This document shows, in pieces, positions 9,391 to 18,378 of a stretch of DNA of 64,000 nucleotides (position 1 is the stretch's first letter; each line of letters starts with the position of its first letter). The notes under the pieces are model-generated. The model was not told the origin of the DNA. It saw only the letters and a program-made list of their open reading frames with translations, and ran no database searches. A program made the position numbers and the translations under genes. Origin of the DNA: a virus (lineage: Duplodnaviria > Caudoviricetes); IMG/VR virus record IMGVR_UViG_3300046786_000226, positions 10,822-74,821 of that record; one strand, 5' to 3'.

Positions 9391-10136
9391 TTTGATGCCC
9401 AGTCTTGTTGTAGTTTGATATTATCAAAAAACTCTTTCTTTGCACCTGGATCAGTTTTAAATGATCCTTTTAATACTGTAGTCTGTGTTAAACTAGAGTG
9501 TGCCATAATACCACGATTCTCACAGCATCCATGTACTGCTTGAATATAAACACCTAAGCTCTTGGCTCCTGTAGCTTTTTCGATTTCCCTAGCAATGTCA
9601 TTAGCAAGTTCCTCCTGGAGAGTACCTCTTCGGGCGCACCACTGGGCGATTCTTGTGTACTTTGAAAGTCCGATGAGTTTCTCAGCGGCAATAATACCAA
9701 TATAAGCAACGCCACTAACGGGTTGGTGATGATGGCTACACATACTGCGAAGCTCACTGCGAACAACAAGCATGCCTTCATAACGATCTTGCGTGTCGTT
9801 TGGAAATGCCGTTGCGTCTGGTCCTGGTTCATATCTACCTGCCATAATTTCATTAAAGTACATTTTGGCAAGTCGTCTTGCAGTACCTTTACTATTAGGG
9901 TCTGTTTCCCTGTCAATAAGCAAACGATCCAATACTAATTCAAAAGCTTCTGTGGCTTCGTCAATTAGTTGTTCTTTGTTATGGTCGTTAACATATTCGC
10001 TGATGTTATCACCTGCCCAGAAACGTTTATTGTCACGTCTCATTTTTGCGCGAAGATAGTTACCTAAGTATTTTTCTTCTTGATATCCGCCATCACCTGC
10101 CATTGCGTCCAGGCCTGTTTCTTTTTTGTCTGTCAT
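9387..10136 (-). CDS. folE: GTP cyclohydrolase I
   Basis: SMCSHHHQP, IGLSKYTRI, RRGTLQEEL, HGCCENRG Zn-binding and catalytic motifs. Confidence 0.95.
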   Translation of the reverse strand: MTDKKETGLDAMAGDGGYQEEKYLGNYLRAKMRRDNKRFWAGDNISEYVNDHNKEQLIDEATEAFELVLDRLLIDRETDPNSKGTARRLAKMYFNEIMAGRYEPGPDATAFPNDTQDRYEGMLVVRSELRSMCSHHHQPVSGVAYIGIIAAEKLIGLSKYTRIAQWCARRGTLQEELANDIAREIEKATGAKSLGVYIQAVHGCCENRGIMAHSSLTQTTVLKGSFKTDPGAKKEFFDNIKLQQDWASK

Positions 10137-10180
10137 TTTATTTTCCTATGTTAAGGCAGAGGTAGTTGCCATATTGTATT

Positions 10181-10209
10181 AGTATACAGTAGTATTTAGG
10201 TTAAGTCAA
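10181..10209 (-). promoter_or_regulatory. sigma70-type promoter upstream of folE, with a nested TAAATA element
   Basis: TTGACT-N17-TATACT on the minus strand; the spacer contains CTAAATA. Confidence 0.7.
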
Positions 10210-10995
10210 GCGAATTTTATTATTCTTTGCGACTGCGGTTGCCAAAACACTTAGGTCTTGTTCGCACCATTCTGCAAATTTCAACATAGCATTGGTGTCT
10301 TTTGGAAAGCACATACCACCAAAACCATAATCGCCATCTGGACCTGGAACTTGCATATGACTATTACCAAGTCGTTTATCTTGACTAACTGCTTGTTTAA
10401 TGTTATCCCAATTACATTGGTTATCTTCTGCTAGTTTGGCCATTTCGTTCATAAAAATAACTTTGGTAGCTAGAAAACTGTTTATAGTATATTTGGCAAA
10501 ACTAGCTTCGCCAATACTACAATGTGTCACGGAATTTAGATTTGGTTGGCTCATGCGAATGATTCGTTCTGCTTCATTTCTATATGCCATAGTTGAACCA
10601 CCAATGATAGCAAAACTTCCATTAACATAATCATTGACAGCATTTGCCGCAGTTAAGAATTCTGGAGCATGTACTAAGTTGGTATATGAGCATTGCAATC
10701 CTATATATACACTGGGTATAGCAGTTACTTTACTAATGATAACACCTTTAAAGCGTACCATTTCTAATTGCTTTAGAACATCAACTAATATACTAGTATC
10801 ACAGCTTCCATCATTACGTTGCGGACTTGGTACACAGACAAATACCGCGTCGTAGTTTATTATGTCATTATATGTTGCCATCCAACCTTTAGCTGGGTCT
10901 ATGGCCAATAGTTCTACATCAGAGTTATTGATAAAAGAACTATGTATAGCACCGCCGACAAAACCCATTCCTATGATTGCTACTTTTGTTTTCAT
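10201..10995 (-). CDS. UDP-glucose/GDP-mannose dehydrogenase family protein (short form)
   Basis: IIGMGFVGG Rossmann motif, FVCVPSP, IISKVT, PEFL, KYTINSFLATK, GFGGMCFPKD. Confidence 0.9.
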   Translation of the reverse strand: MKTKVAIIGMGFVGGAIHSSFINNSDVELLAIDPAKGWMATYNDIINYDAVFVCVPSPQRNDGSCDTSILVDVLKQLEMVRFKGVIISKVTAIPSVYIGLQCSYTNLVHAPEFLTAANAVNDYVNGSFAIIGGSTMAYRNEAERIIRMSQPNLNSVTHCSIGEASFAKYTINSFLATKVIFMNEMAKLAEDNQCNWDNIKQAVSQDKRLGNSHMQVPGPDGDYGFGGMCFPKDTNAMLKFAEWCEQDLSVLATAVAKNNKIRLT

Positions 10996-11462
10996 TTTAT
11001 TTCCTTGATCATTTCTGCGTGAGCCACACGTTTGCGTAGATTGCTAGAACTAAAGCTATGATCACGTTGGTTGAATACTAACTCAATGCCTCGGTCATAA
11101 CAAATATCTCTGCCTGTAAAATCCTTGTGTTCATATTCAACGCCAAGAATACGAACATCAATGGGTAATGTAAGTAGAATATCTTCAAGATCTTTTTCAG
11201 TTTGGTATACTACAGTTTCATCGACATAGCGAGTAGCTGCCAATTGTATTTGTCGTTCAACAATACTTTGTACTGGCGGGTTCTTACTTTCTGGTCTATC
11301 AATAGTAGGATCTGTTTGCAGGCCAGCAATTAAGTAATCACAATGATTCTTTGCTTCTGCTAGCATAGCAATATGCCCGGCATGTAGTAAGTCGAATGTA
11401 CTAAAGGTAATCCCTATCTTTAGTCCTTTGGCTTTTAAATCTTTAACTTTGTTGAATATCAT
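10992..11462 (-). CDS. cytidylyltransferase (TagD/RfaE-like, HxGH)
   Basis: TFSTFDLLHAGH, GLQTDP, FSSSNLRK. Confidence 0.9.
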   Translation of the reverse strand: MIFNKVKDLKAKGLKIGITFSTFDLLHAGHIAMLAEAKNHCDYLIAGLQTDPTIDRPESKNPPVQSIVERQIQLAATRYVDETVVYQTEKDLEDILLTLPIDVRILGVEYEHKDFTGRDICYDRGIELVFNQRDHSFSSSNLRKRVAHAEMIKEIK

Positions 11463-11793
11463 TTGTTTCTGGTCCTGCTGTAACTAATGCTTTAATCATT
11501 TCTAAGTGATTATACGCTTCATCTAGTGCTGGGTATTTACTACGCAAGTTCTTAAGTTCTTCTTCCTCTTGCATCTTTTTCATTACCCAATTCCCGATAA
11601 CATTTATATCATAGGTACCGCTGTTTTGAATTTGAACAGTATTATCTATTCGTTGCCAAGTACTGCCTGTGCTAACTTCAAAGCATTTAGTGGCGCCATT
11701 CCATTGAACTGCACCTGTAATACTTGGTTGATTATAACTAGTATCTATTTGATACCATCCAGGAGTAGATCCATAACTTTGTATTTTAATCAT
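11443..11793 (-). CDS. hypothetical protein
   Basis: 116 aa ORF, coupled. Confidence 0.65.
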   Translation of the reverse strand: MIKIQSYGSTPGWYQIDTSYNQPSITGAVQWNGATKCFEVSTGSTWQRIDNTVQIQNSGTYDINVIGNWVMKKMQEEEELKNLRSKYPALDEAYNHLEMIKALVTAGPETNDIQQS

Positions 11794-12695
11794 AGTTGTA
11801 TTTCCGTTTCTAAATTTTCAAAAGGCCTGTCAAAGAATTGTCGATAGATTAAACCATCGTTCTTTTGTTTTAAGAATTCTTCAAATTCTAAGACCATATG
11901 ATCTGTGTATTCAAATCCAGTTTGTTTTTTGCGATCAATAAGATCCGGATATGCTTCTCTGTATCCTTCTATCTTTGTAGAATTTACTCCAAGCTTACCT
12001 TTAAACTTATCACTGACTAATTGTTGACACCATTTTGTTTTTGTATATGACATTACCAAACCAGGTGTCCATTTAAACCATTCACCAACTGCGGGCTTGT
12101 TAATTGTTTTAATAAACTTACTCCATGCTACGTCATGTTCCCAGCATCTTACAGCCCACGATCCTTTTGTTGTATAGTCGTCATTTATTCTATGTATAGA
12201 AAGGTCACTGGCACCTAATATTGGTAATCCATCTGTTTGTTCTAAAAAACTACAATAAGGTAATGCCCTGGGTCTATCAATTTGTGCTAGCTCTGCTAAC
12301 CTTTCGGCATCTGCAGAAAAGAACTTTTCTAAATTAAAATCAATGATTTTATAGTCAACACCTAACATTGAACATATAGTTACAGCATAGCTTACATCAT
12401 ATATGTTATAATCCTTTTCATATCTATAGATATAGATATTTGGTTTGGCACCTGCAGCCAAAAAAGATCTAAGCATAATGTCGCTGTCTAGACCGCCGCT
12501 AAATAATATGCTGGGTTTATCAGTGTAATGATCCATTACACTCTTTGCGGCATTTATAAGTTCTTCTTTAAATGATAAAGGTTTGTTATCATACCCGCAA
12601 GAAAAACTGGTAGTAAATTTTTTACCAATACTTTGACTGCCGAATAAGTCAGCATCATAAAACCACTTATACCAATTGTTTTCACTGGTCCACAT
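11790..12695 (-). CDS. PP-loop ATPase / asparagine-synthase-like protein
   Basis: SILFSGGLDSD motif; no QueC-type C-terminal Cys cluster. Confidence 0.7.
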   Translation of the reverse strand: MWTSENNWYKWFYDADLFGSQSIGKKFTTSFSCGYDNKPLSFKEELINAAKSVMDHYTDKPSILFSGGLDSDIMLRSFLAAGAKPNIYIYRYEKDYNIYDVSYAVTICSMLGVDYKIIDFNLEKFFSADAERLAELAQIDRPRALPYCSFLEQTDGLPILGASDLSIHRINDDYTTKGSWAVRCWEHDVAWSKFIKTINKPAVGEWFKWTPGLVMSYTKTKWCQQLVSDKFKGKLGVNSTKIEGYREAYPDLIDRKKQTGFEYTDHMVLEFEEFLKQKNDGLIYRQFFDRPFENLETEIQL

Positions 12696-13119
12696 GTTTA
12701 TATGTTTTGAATACGATATCCCATATAGGAAAAAATAACCCGTAATTTTTAGTTGGGTGTCTATGATGTATTAGATGCCATTTTCCTGTACTAGCTAATG
12801 GAATATTAACATTTTTGTTATGTTCAAATCTTTCTTGAAAGAAAGCCGCCCATACATAATAGAATACACTGATCCACCATTGCCCTGTAATTAAACTAAA
12901 CAACAAAGTAGGAATGACTTCGGTTACATATAAATCCAATGTACTGATCCACGTATCATTGAACAAAAATAAATTATTCCAATGCCATCCAGGCGAACCA
13001 TGTCTAACTATATAGCTATGATGATCCCAATGCCATTCTTTAACATATGGAGTTTTATGCGCTATACGATGTACCCAGTATAATACAAAGGTCCATAACA
13101 AGAAATATATAATAATCAT
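12682..13119 (-). CDS. fatty acid hydroxylase / sterol desaturase superfamily membrane protein
   Basis: His boxes HRIAH, HWDHH, HLIHH plus NYGLFFPIWDIVF; hydrophobic segments. Confidence 0.85.
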   Translation of the reverse strand: MIIIYFLLWTFVLYWVHRIAHKTPYVKEWHWDHHSYIVRHGSPGWHWNNLFLFNDTWISTLDLYVTEVIPTLLFSLITGQWWISVFYYVWAAFFQERFEHNKNVNIPLASTGKWHLIHHRHPTKNYGLFFPIWDIVFKTYKHVDQ

Positions 13120-14174
13120 TTTAGATTATTTAATAAATCTTTCGCACTAAAGAAATTCATAGTTAAACTGGCCGCTTGTTCTTTAAGTTGGCGTAAGCGA
13201 GTATGATAATAATCCATGTGCGTCATAATGGCTCGGCACAAGTCTGGACGATAAACATTGTAAGCGTCCCATGATTCTGTCCATTCGCTTTTGTATTTAA
13301 ATACATCAAAATACATTTCACTATAGCTTAATCTATCTGGCACCATGGGTATAGCATCTACAACTGCACCTTCATAACAGCCAATGCCCAGTGTTTCTTG
13401 TAGGCTACAACTAAATACCATCTTAGCTTGACCTAACAATGTGTGATACTGTTTCTTAGTTAACTGTTCATCTTGACAAACAACAAACTTATATTGTGGC
13501 AAGTGAGTTGCCAAGTCGCGGAAGATTTCAACTTGTTTTTCAGGAGCAATACGATGCGGGAACAAAATAAGATCTTGTTTGTTTAAATTCTTAAATGGCT
13601 TTAGAGTCTCGTCCATATACTCCATGGGCCAGCCAGTGCGTATAACTTTGTTGTCTTCTAATTCCACTGTCTCGTCATGGAATAAGTTATCAGAGAACAT
13701 GTTAATATGAAAGTCTGTAGCAAAGTAGTTATGATCGAAGGCATGGAAGTAACTTTTCTCTGCGTGTCTAACCCAAGGAGCATCTCCTACTAAACGTCCG
13801 AGAAAGTCTTGTGGGTCATAGCTACCGGCGTGCCATAAGCCGTGTGTAACTACAGGAATACCTAGTAGTTCACTCATGTACTTTAAGTTTATGATACCAG
13901 GGTGCCAAGCATCAGTAAAGATAAAGTGATCGCCGGGAGAAACGGCTCCGTCACAAAATAAACGGCCCATCTGTTCAACTTGAGCTGACTTATATATGTT
14001 AGTACCGCCAAAATTAAGAAAAGCACCAGGAGTAGTGGCATTAGGAATATCTTCAGGGCCAGAAATAATTTGAACATTGTGTCCTGCCTTTCTAAGTAAT
14101 TGTGGAACATGATCTTTCCACTGTCCAGTGTAGCGTGTGCTCACTGATTCTAAATCAATTAAATAAATTTTCAT
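13116..14174 (-). CDS. glycosyltransferase (GT-B fold)
   Basis: ILFPHRIAPEKQ, QETLGIGCYEG...PMVPDRLSYSE GT-B C-terminal motifs. Confidence 0.75.
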   Translation of the reverse strand: MKIYLIDLESVSTRYTGQWKDHVPQLLRKAGHNVQIISGPEDIPNATTPGAFLNFGGTNIYKSAQVEQMGRLFCDGAVSPGDHFIFTDAWHPGIINLKYMSELLGIPVVTHGLWHAGSYDPQDFLGRLVGDAPWVRHAEKSYFHAFDHNYFATDFHINMFSDNLFHDETVELEDNKVIRTGWPMEYMDETLKPFKNLNKQDLILFPHRIAPEKQVEIFRDLATHLPQYKFVVCQDEQLTKKQYHTLLGQAKMVFSCSLQETLGIGCYEGAVVDAIPMVPDRLSYSEMYFDVFKYKSEWTESWDAYNVYRPDLCRAIMTHMDYYHTRLRQLKEQAASLTMNFFSAKDLLNNLK

Positions 14175-14180
14175 AGTTAT

Positions 14181-14209
14181 ATTGTAAGACCTTATAAGAT
14201 GATTGTCAA
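14181..14209 (-). promoter_or_regulatory. sigma70 promoter, 6 nt from the glycosyltransferase ATG (leaderless)
   Basis: TTGACA-N17-TACAAT-N6-ATG. Confidence 0.8.
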
Positions 14210-14225
14210 TAAATACTTTACCATT

Positions 14226-15158
14226 ATGAACGAATCCAAAAACATCGAACGCATATTAGAGCTAGCAAAAACACAGGACTGGTTACAGTTTCCCGGAGGC
14301 TCCGGAGGCGAGTTTTTTGCTTTGCTTATTAGTAAATATTCTCCTATTTATGAAAGCTTAACAAATATTACAACTGTTAATAGTGATAATAGAACATTAA
14401 TTGAACTGCCTAAATTTTTTAAGATGATGGCTAGTGTGCCTGCATTAGATGGAGACATAACAAACCTTTGTTCAGGAATAATTCGAGATTCCAAAATATT
14501 AAGATTAGATTTGGATAAAGAATTGGCTATCGCAGAAGAGTTTATCAAAGATAAAAAGTACTTATTGAGAATACATTATTCGTTCAATGACTATTTTAAT
14601 AAACAAAATACATTTGCAATCATACCAGATAGTTTATTATGGCTAGAATATACTTCGTTGATGTGCGTAATAAAGGCAGGCGGCTATAAAATAAACCATG
14701 AACTTGCGTCAATGTATTTCGATGAATATACAATCAAACGCGGCACTGATAGAAAAAGATATGACGATGCGTTAGACTGGATGTTACAAAATAATCACAG
14801 CGAAATTTATTTCGGTCATATACAATGTATCGAGTATATGGAAGAAATAGGCGGTTATAAAGACGTATTTGCTATGTCTTTAAAAGATATATACGATTTC
14901 TTTGCCAACAAGATTAACAACAATATAGATGTACCGTGGTGTCAAGTTTACCATCCAGAGTTTATAACTCAAACACAGACTTTACTAACAGACCGTATGA
15001 ACATTATTAATTATACTAAGATATTCGAAAAAGATTATTTGGAAAGCATGTTTAACATAACAGATCCTGCTTTTCACGATGAGTTAATTGCTTGGCATGA
15101 AAAAAACATTGCGTTAATTAAATCGCATGGATTTAATACAGATCAGTTTATCTTATGA
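14226..15158 (+). CDS. hypothetical protein, GGSGGEF family (sulfotransferase/P-loop-like?)
   Basis: Start moved to MNESKN; FPGGSGGEFF motif; C-terminal YTKIFEKDYLESMF...ELIAWHEKN. Confidence 0.7.
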   Translation: MNESKNIERILELAKTQDWLQFPGGSGGEFFALLISKYSPIYESLTNITTVNSDNRTLIELPKFFKMMASVPALDGDITNLCSGIIRDSKILRLDLDKELAIAEEFIKDKKYLLRIHYSFNDYFNKQNTFAIIPDSLLWLEYTSLMCVIKAGGYKINHELASMYFDEYTIKRGTDRKRYDDALDWMLQNNHSEIYFGHIQCIEYMEEIGGYKDVFAMSLKDIYDFFANKINNNIDVPWCQVYHPEFITQTQTLLTDRMNIINYTKIFEKDYLESMFNITDPAFHDELIAWHEKNIALIKSHGFNTDQFIL

Positions 15159-16120
15159 TTACAGAACAAGCAGTTAGACAATGTATCACTGATATATTTG
15201 ATCAATATACTTTACATTACCTTGCTTATCAAGGAGGATCAGGCGGCGAGTTTTTAATATCTAAAATCAGACAATACTCTGAAATTTATAATACTAAGAA
15301 TACATCATCGACGGTAGAATCGACAAACAGAACAATATTACAGATGAATCATTTTTTATCTGTAATTTATTTTTCAAGGCTTCATAACGGAAACCTAAGA
15401 GATATAAAAGATTTAATATTCACCGAATTAAGCAGGATTGCCAACGGAGATTTAAACTTAGTGTTATCGATGATAGACTCGACAAACTCGATATTAATTC
15501 CCAACAAGGCAAACTTATGTAAATTACATTTAACTTCTAATTCTTATTTTAACAAAGAAAACACATGGTCTATGTACATAGACAATAAAGACAGCTTTGA
15601 TTACGTAAACAAATTAAGATACTTAAAAGTGTTTAAAAATAAATGGACCATTGATAAGATAATAGATAATTATAAAATTAATTTTTGGAAGCTCAGCGAC
15701 AAATTAGATATACTAGATAAATTTGCCACTTGGGCAAATAATAAAGGCATTAATGAAATAGAAGAAATATACATCGCTTGTATGTTTATCGATCATGTAT
15801 TTTCTGATTTTGAAAATTTTGAAAAGCTATTGTCTGTACCTGCTGACGAATTATACTTACAATATTCATCGGACTTAGATGACAGTTATGAAAATCGAAA
15901 AGATTTTATGGAAGAAACAACAGCAAATACAAATAGAATCTATTACAGTAAATTACTTGACAAAGGCTATCTAGAAGATATGTTTAAAATATCTAACAGT
16001 GACTTCCGTAAGGATTTACTAGAATGGCATGATAAAAATATGAATAATGTTATGTTATTAGACAAAAAGACTTATTCGTCGACTTCTTCGTCGCCAACAT
16101 ACTCTTTCCAATCAGTATAA
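15155..16120 (+). CDS. hypothetical protein, GGSGGEF family paralog
   Basis: YQGGSGGEFL; C-terminal YSKLLDKGYLEDMF...DLLEWHDKN. Confidence 0.7.
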   Translation: MITEQAVRQCITDIFDQYTLHYLAYQGGSGGEFLISKIRQYSEIYNTKNTSSTVESTNRTILQMNHFLSVIYFSRLHNGNLRDIKDLIFTELSRIANGDLNLVLSMIDSTNSILIPNKANLCKLHLTSNSYFNKENTWSMYIDNKDSFDYVNKLRYLKVFKNKWTIDKIIDNYKINFWKLSDKLDILDKFATWANNKGINEIEEIYIACMFIDHVFSDFENFEKLLSVPADELYLQYSSDLDDSYENRKDFMEETTANTNRIYYSKLLDKGYLEDMFKISNSDFRKDLLEWHDKNMNNVMLLDKKTYSSTSSSPTYSFQSV

Positions 16121-16611
16121 ACTTTTCTATCCATCAAGTCGTGTAGACTATGGCACCATACTCCAGGATTGCTATGCCCCCAAGTTGTGTCATCAATCTT
16201 TAGTGTAGCATTGTAATTGTAAAGTTTGAGGTGTGGAAGTTTTACACTGATCATTGGAATGAATGTATTATACTCACACCAACCTTCTTCGTTGAATGTA
16301 TCAGCATATTCTACACCAAAGTCAAGTGTAACCCAATAACCAGCATCTAATAACTCTACAATCATTTTATCCCAAGCTTTCCAATCATCATAGTCTTTGG
16401 GAGTAAAACTTTGACTAGTCCCTAGATAGATATGTCTGATATGTTTGCTAGTATCATTATAAGAATTTTGTTCGTTGATGATACTTACAATTTTATCAAC
16501 GGGTTGAACACCTACTACAAATAGAGTGCGTTCACCATACATAGTAGTACGTTCTACTTCTATGCCGATAAAATAAGTTGCTGCCTTTCGGCCTACTGTG
16601 TCAATTGCCAT
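16072..16611 (-). CDS. hypothetical protein in the deazaguanine/sugar operon
   Basis: Start moved to MAIDTVGRK; coupled to the upstream dehydrogenase. Confidence 0.7.
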   Translation of the reverse strand: MAIDTVGRKAATYFIGIEVERTTMYGERTLFVVGVQPVDKIVSIINEQNSYNDTSKHIRHIYLGTSQSFTPKDYDDWKAWDKMIVELLDAGYWVTLDFGVEYADTFNEEGWCEYNTFIPMISVKLPHLKLYNYNATLKIDDTTWGHSNPGVWCHSLHDLMDRKVYTDWKEYVGDEEVDE

Positions 16612-17506
16612 TATTATTCCAATATATATAACCTCTGCTATAACCTGCAGGGCGGTTAAGGCCGTCAGCAAATGCTTGTTGCCATTCTGAATCTCTATTA
16701 TAACCTTTAGTCCAGAAACTGTCAACATTAATGTCGCCACTTTTAATCCACATAGCGGCGTCTTCCATACAATGATAAAATCTATCTGTTCGTGGACTTG
16801 GGAATATCATAGTACAGGCTTTCCAAAGTAAATTGGAGAAGTCTGTACTAACTTGTTTTTGACTTCCAAATACTACTAGTGCTTCATTATTTAGAATAGG
16901 TTTCTCAAAAACATCTGTCTTACTGCTCAAGTCAATGACTACATCAAATGTACCTTCATAGTCTTGATCTAAGACATCACCCCAAAGTTCTTTGTTGCTA
17001 TTACCTACTACTGTAATATCAAACTCTAAGTGATTAAGCAAGATAGTATTATAAGCAACCCAAGCAAGAAAACCACTGCCAAGTATTAATAGTCTCTTAC
17101 CTTCACTAGCCCTTTCAGCCATTTCTCTAATAGGTTGTTGTACTACATTAATTCCACAAGCCACTGGTTCTAAAATATATCTAGGATGTGCTTCGGGTAC
17201 AACGACATATTCATTGACTCTAACATTGTATACATCTGCGTAAGCAGGTTCGCCACGAGTAGCTACAATATCTCCTACTTGTGTTGTGCCAATGTTTTTA
17301 CCAACTTTAATTACTCGACCTAAACCTTCGTGTCCTTGCATATTAATAGGCAAAGGACCAAAGTCTCCATTCATCATATCGATATCACTGCGACAAACTC
17401 CTGTCATGATATTTTGCACAGTAATCTCGTGGTCACCACAATCTGGATTATCCCAAGTAGTTTCTATAAAATTACCCGTACCAGTTGTTTGTAGTATTCT
17501 TGTCAT
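16601..17506 (-). CDS. Zn-type (MDR) alcohol/sugar dehydrogenase
   Basis: GVCRSD, GHEGLGRV..VG, EPVACG, ILGSGFLA; start moved to MTRILQ. Confidence 0.85.
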   Translation of the reverse strand: MTRILQTTGTGNFIETTWDNPDCGDHEITVQNIMTGVCRSDIDMMNGDFGPLPINMQGHEGLGRVIKVGKNIGTTQVGDIVATRGEPAYADVYNVRVNEYVVVPEAHPRYILEPVACGINVVQQPIREMAERASEGKRLLILGSGFLAWVAYNTILLNHLEFDITVVGNSNKELWGDVLDQDYEGTFDVVIDLSSKTDVFEKPILNNEALVVFGSQKQVSTDFSNLLWKACTMIFPSPRTDRFYHCMEDAAMWIKSGDINVDSFWTKGYNRDSEWQQAFADGLNRPAGYSRGYIYWNNNGN

Positions 17507-18378
17507 AAATTTTCTATTTGTTTGTGTATCCATATATCCTGTGCAAGTTGTTCTTGCCAGAACTCATTATTATTTAGGTTAAGAACTGCGTTTTCTATCA
17601 TTGCTTTATAAGCATCTTCTGGGCATAGACCCAATGGAAACTTGTTGTCATCAAAGCTAATGTAAACATCGTCTGCTTTATCGTCTTTCCAATTAGCACT
17701 TAGTATCCACTTGGTACCACTATTACTGAATTCGAATTCACAAAAGTCGTCGACATTGTAAGTGCCATTATGATCAACCCTGCCGTAATCAGTATCAATA
17801 ATATTCTTGAGTTCATGTCGTTGTATTGCGTTACTGTATAGTTTAGTGCCTTTTGTGTAGTCTGTCAATGCTACATAGTAACTCAACATGTGTGGAATCA
17901 AATCACGACTAACTCCGCCGAATGCCAAATCTTTAGTAGTAAACCAACTGCCAGGATTTGGAATACGATTCTTATTATTCCAAATAACTTTAACTGTAGT
18001 GCTTTTGTCAGCTAGCTCTTTAAATTGTTTAATTGAATCTCTGTATTGATTATTTTTAACCATCATAAAACGAGTCTCAGGATAATCAACACAGAGCCAC
18101 CGCCATGCTTCACTGTTAACGACTCCGGGCTTTTCAACAAAAACTATCTTAGTGTGGTTAGCAACTTTTCTTGCTAGTTCAATGTGTGTAAAGTTTGGTG
18201 TACAAATATTTACAGTATCAAATTTACTGTGAACACGGATAGCATCTTCGACACTTGAAAAATCGGCGCCTTTAGATGTATCCATGTCAACAGTGATAAC
18301 CTCATAACCAAGTTCAGTTAGCACAGGCTTATAAACAGCCTGTCCAAAACCTAAGCCAATTATAAGTGCTTTAGCCAT
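17503..18378 (-). CDS. Gfo/Idh/MocA family oxidoreductase
   Basis: IIGLGFG, ICTPNFTH, VFVEKPG, GGVSRDLIPH. Confidence 0.85.
   Translation of the reverse strand: MAKALIIGLGFGQAVYKPVLTELGYEVITVDMDTSKGADFSSVEDAIRVHSKFDTVNICTPNFTHIELARKVANHTKIVFVEKPGVVNSEAWRWLCVDYPETRFMMVKNNQYRDSIKQFKELADKSTTVKVIWNNKNRIPNPGSWFTTKDLAFGGVSRDLIPHMLSYYVALTDYTKGTKLYSNAIQRHELKNIIDTDYGRVDHNGTYNVDDFCEFEFSNSGTKWILSANWKDDKADDVYISFDDNKFPLGLCPEDAYKAMIENAVLNLNNNEFWQEQLAQDIWIHKQIENL

Noticed and set aside
11790-12695. Calling the SGGLDS protein QueC
   Set aside because: The PP-loop lies about 65 aa in and the C-terminal Zn-binding Cys cluster of QueC is absent; kept as a generic PP-loop enzyme.
16072-16740. Longest-ORF starts from the track for several genes (399, 4886, 5427, 8796, 16740, 17533, 20318, 20733, 30278, 39772, 42395, 63984)
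   Set aside because: They create large overlaps with neighbours. Downstream ATGs fit the RBS, promoter or stop-start coupling better, so starts were moved.
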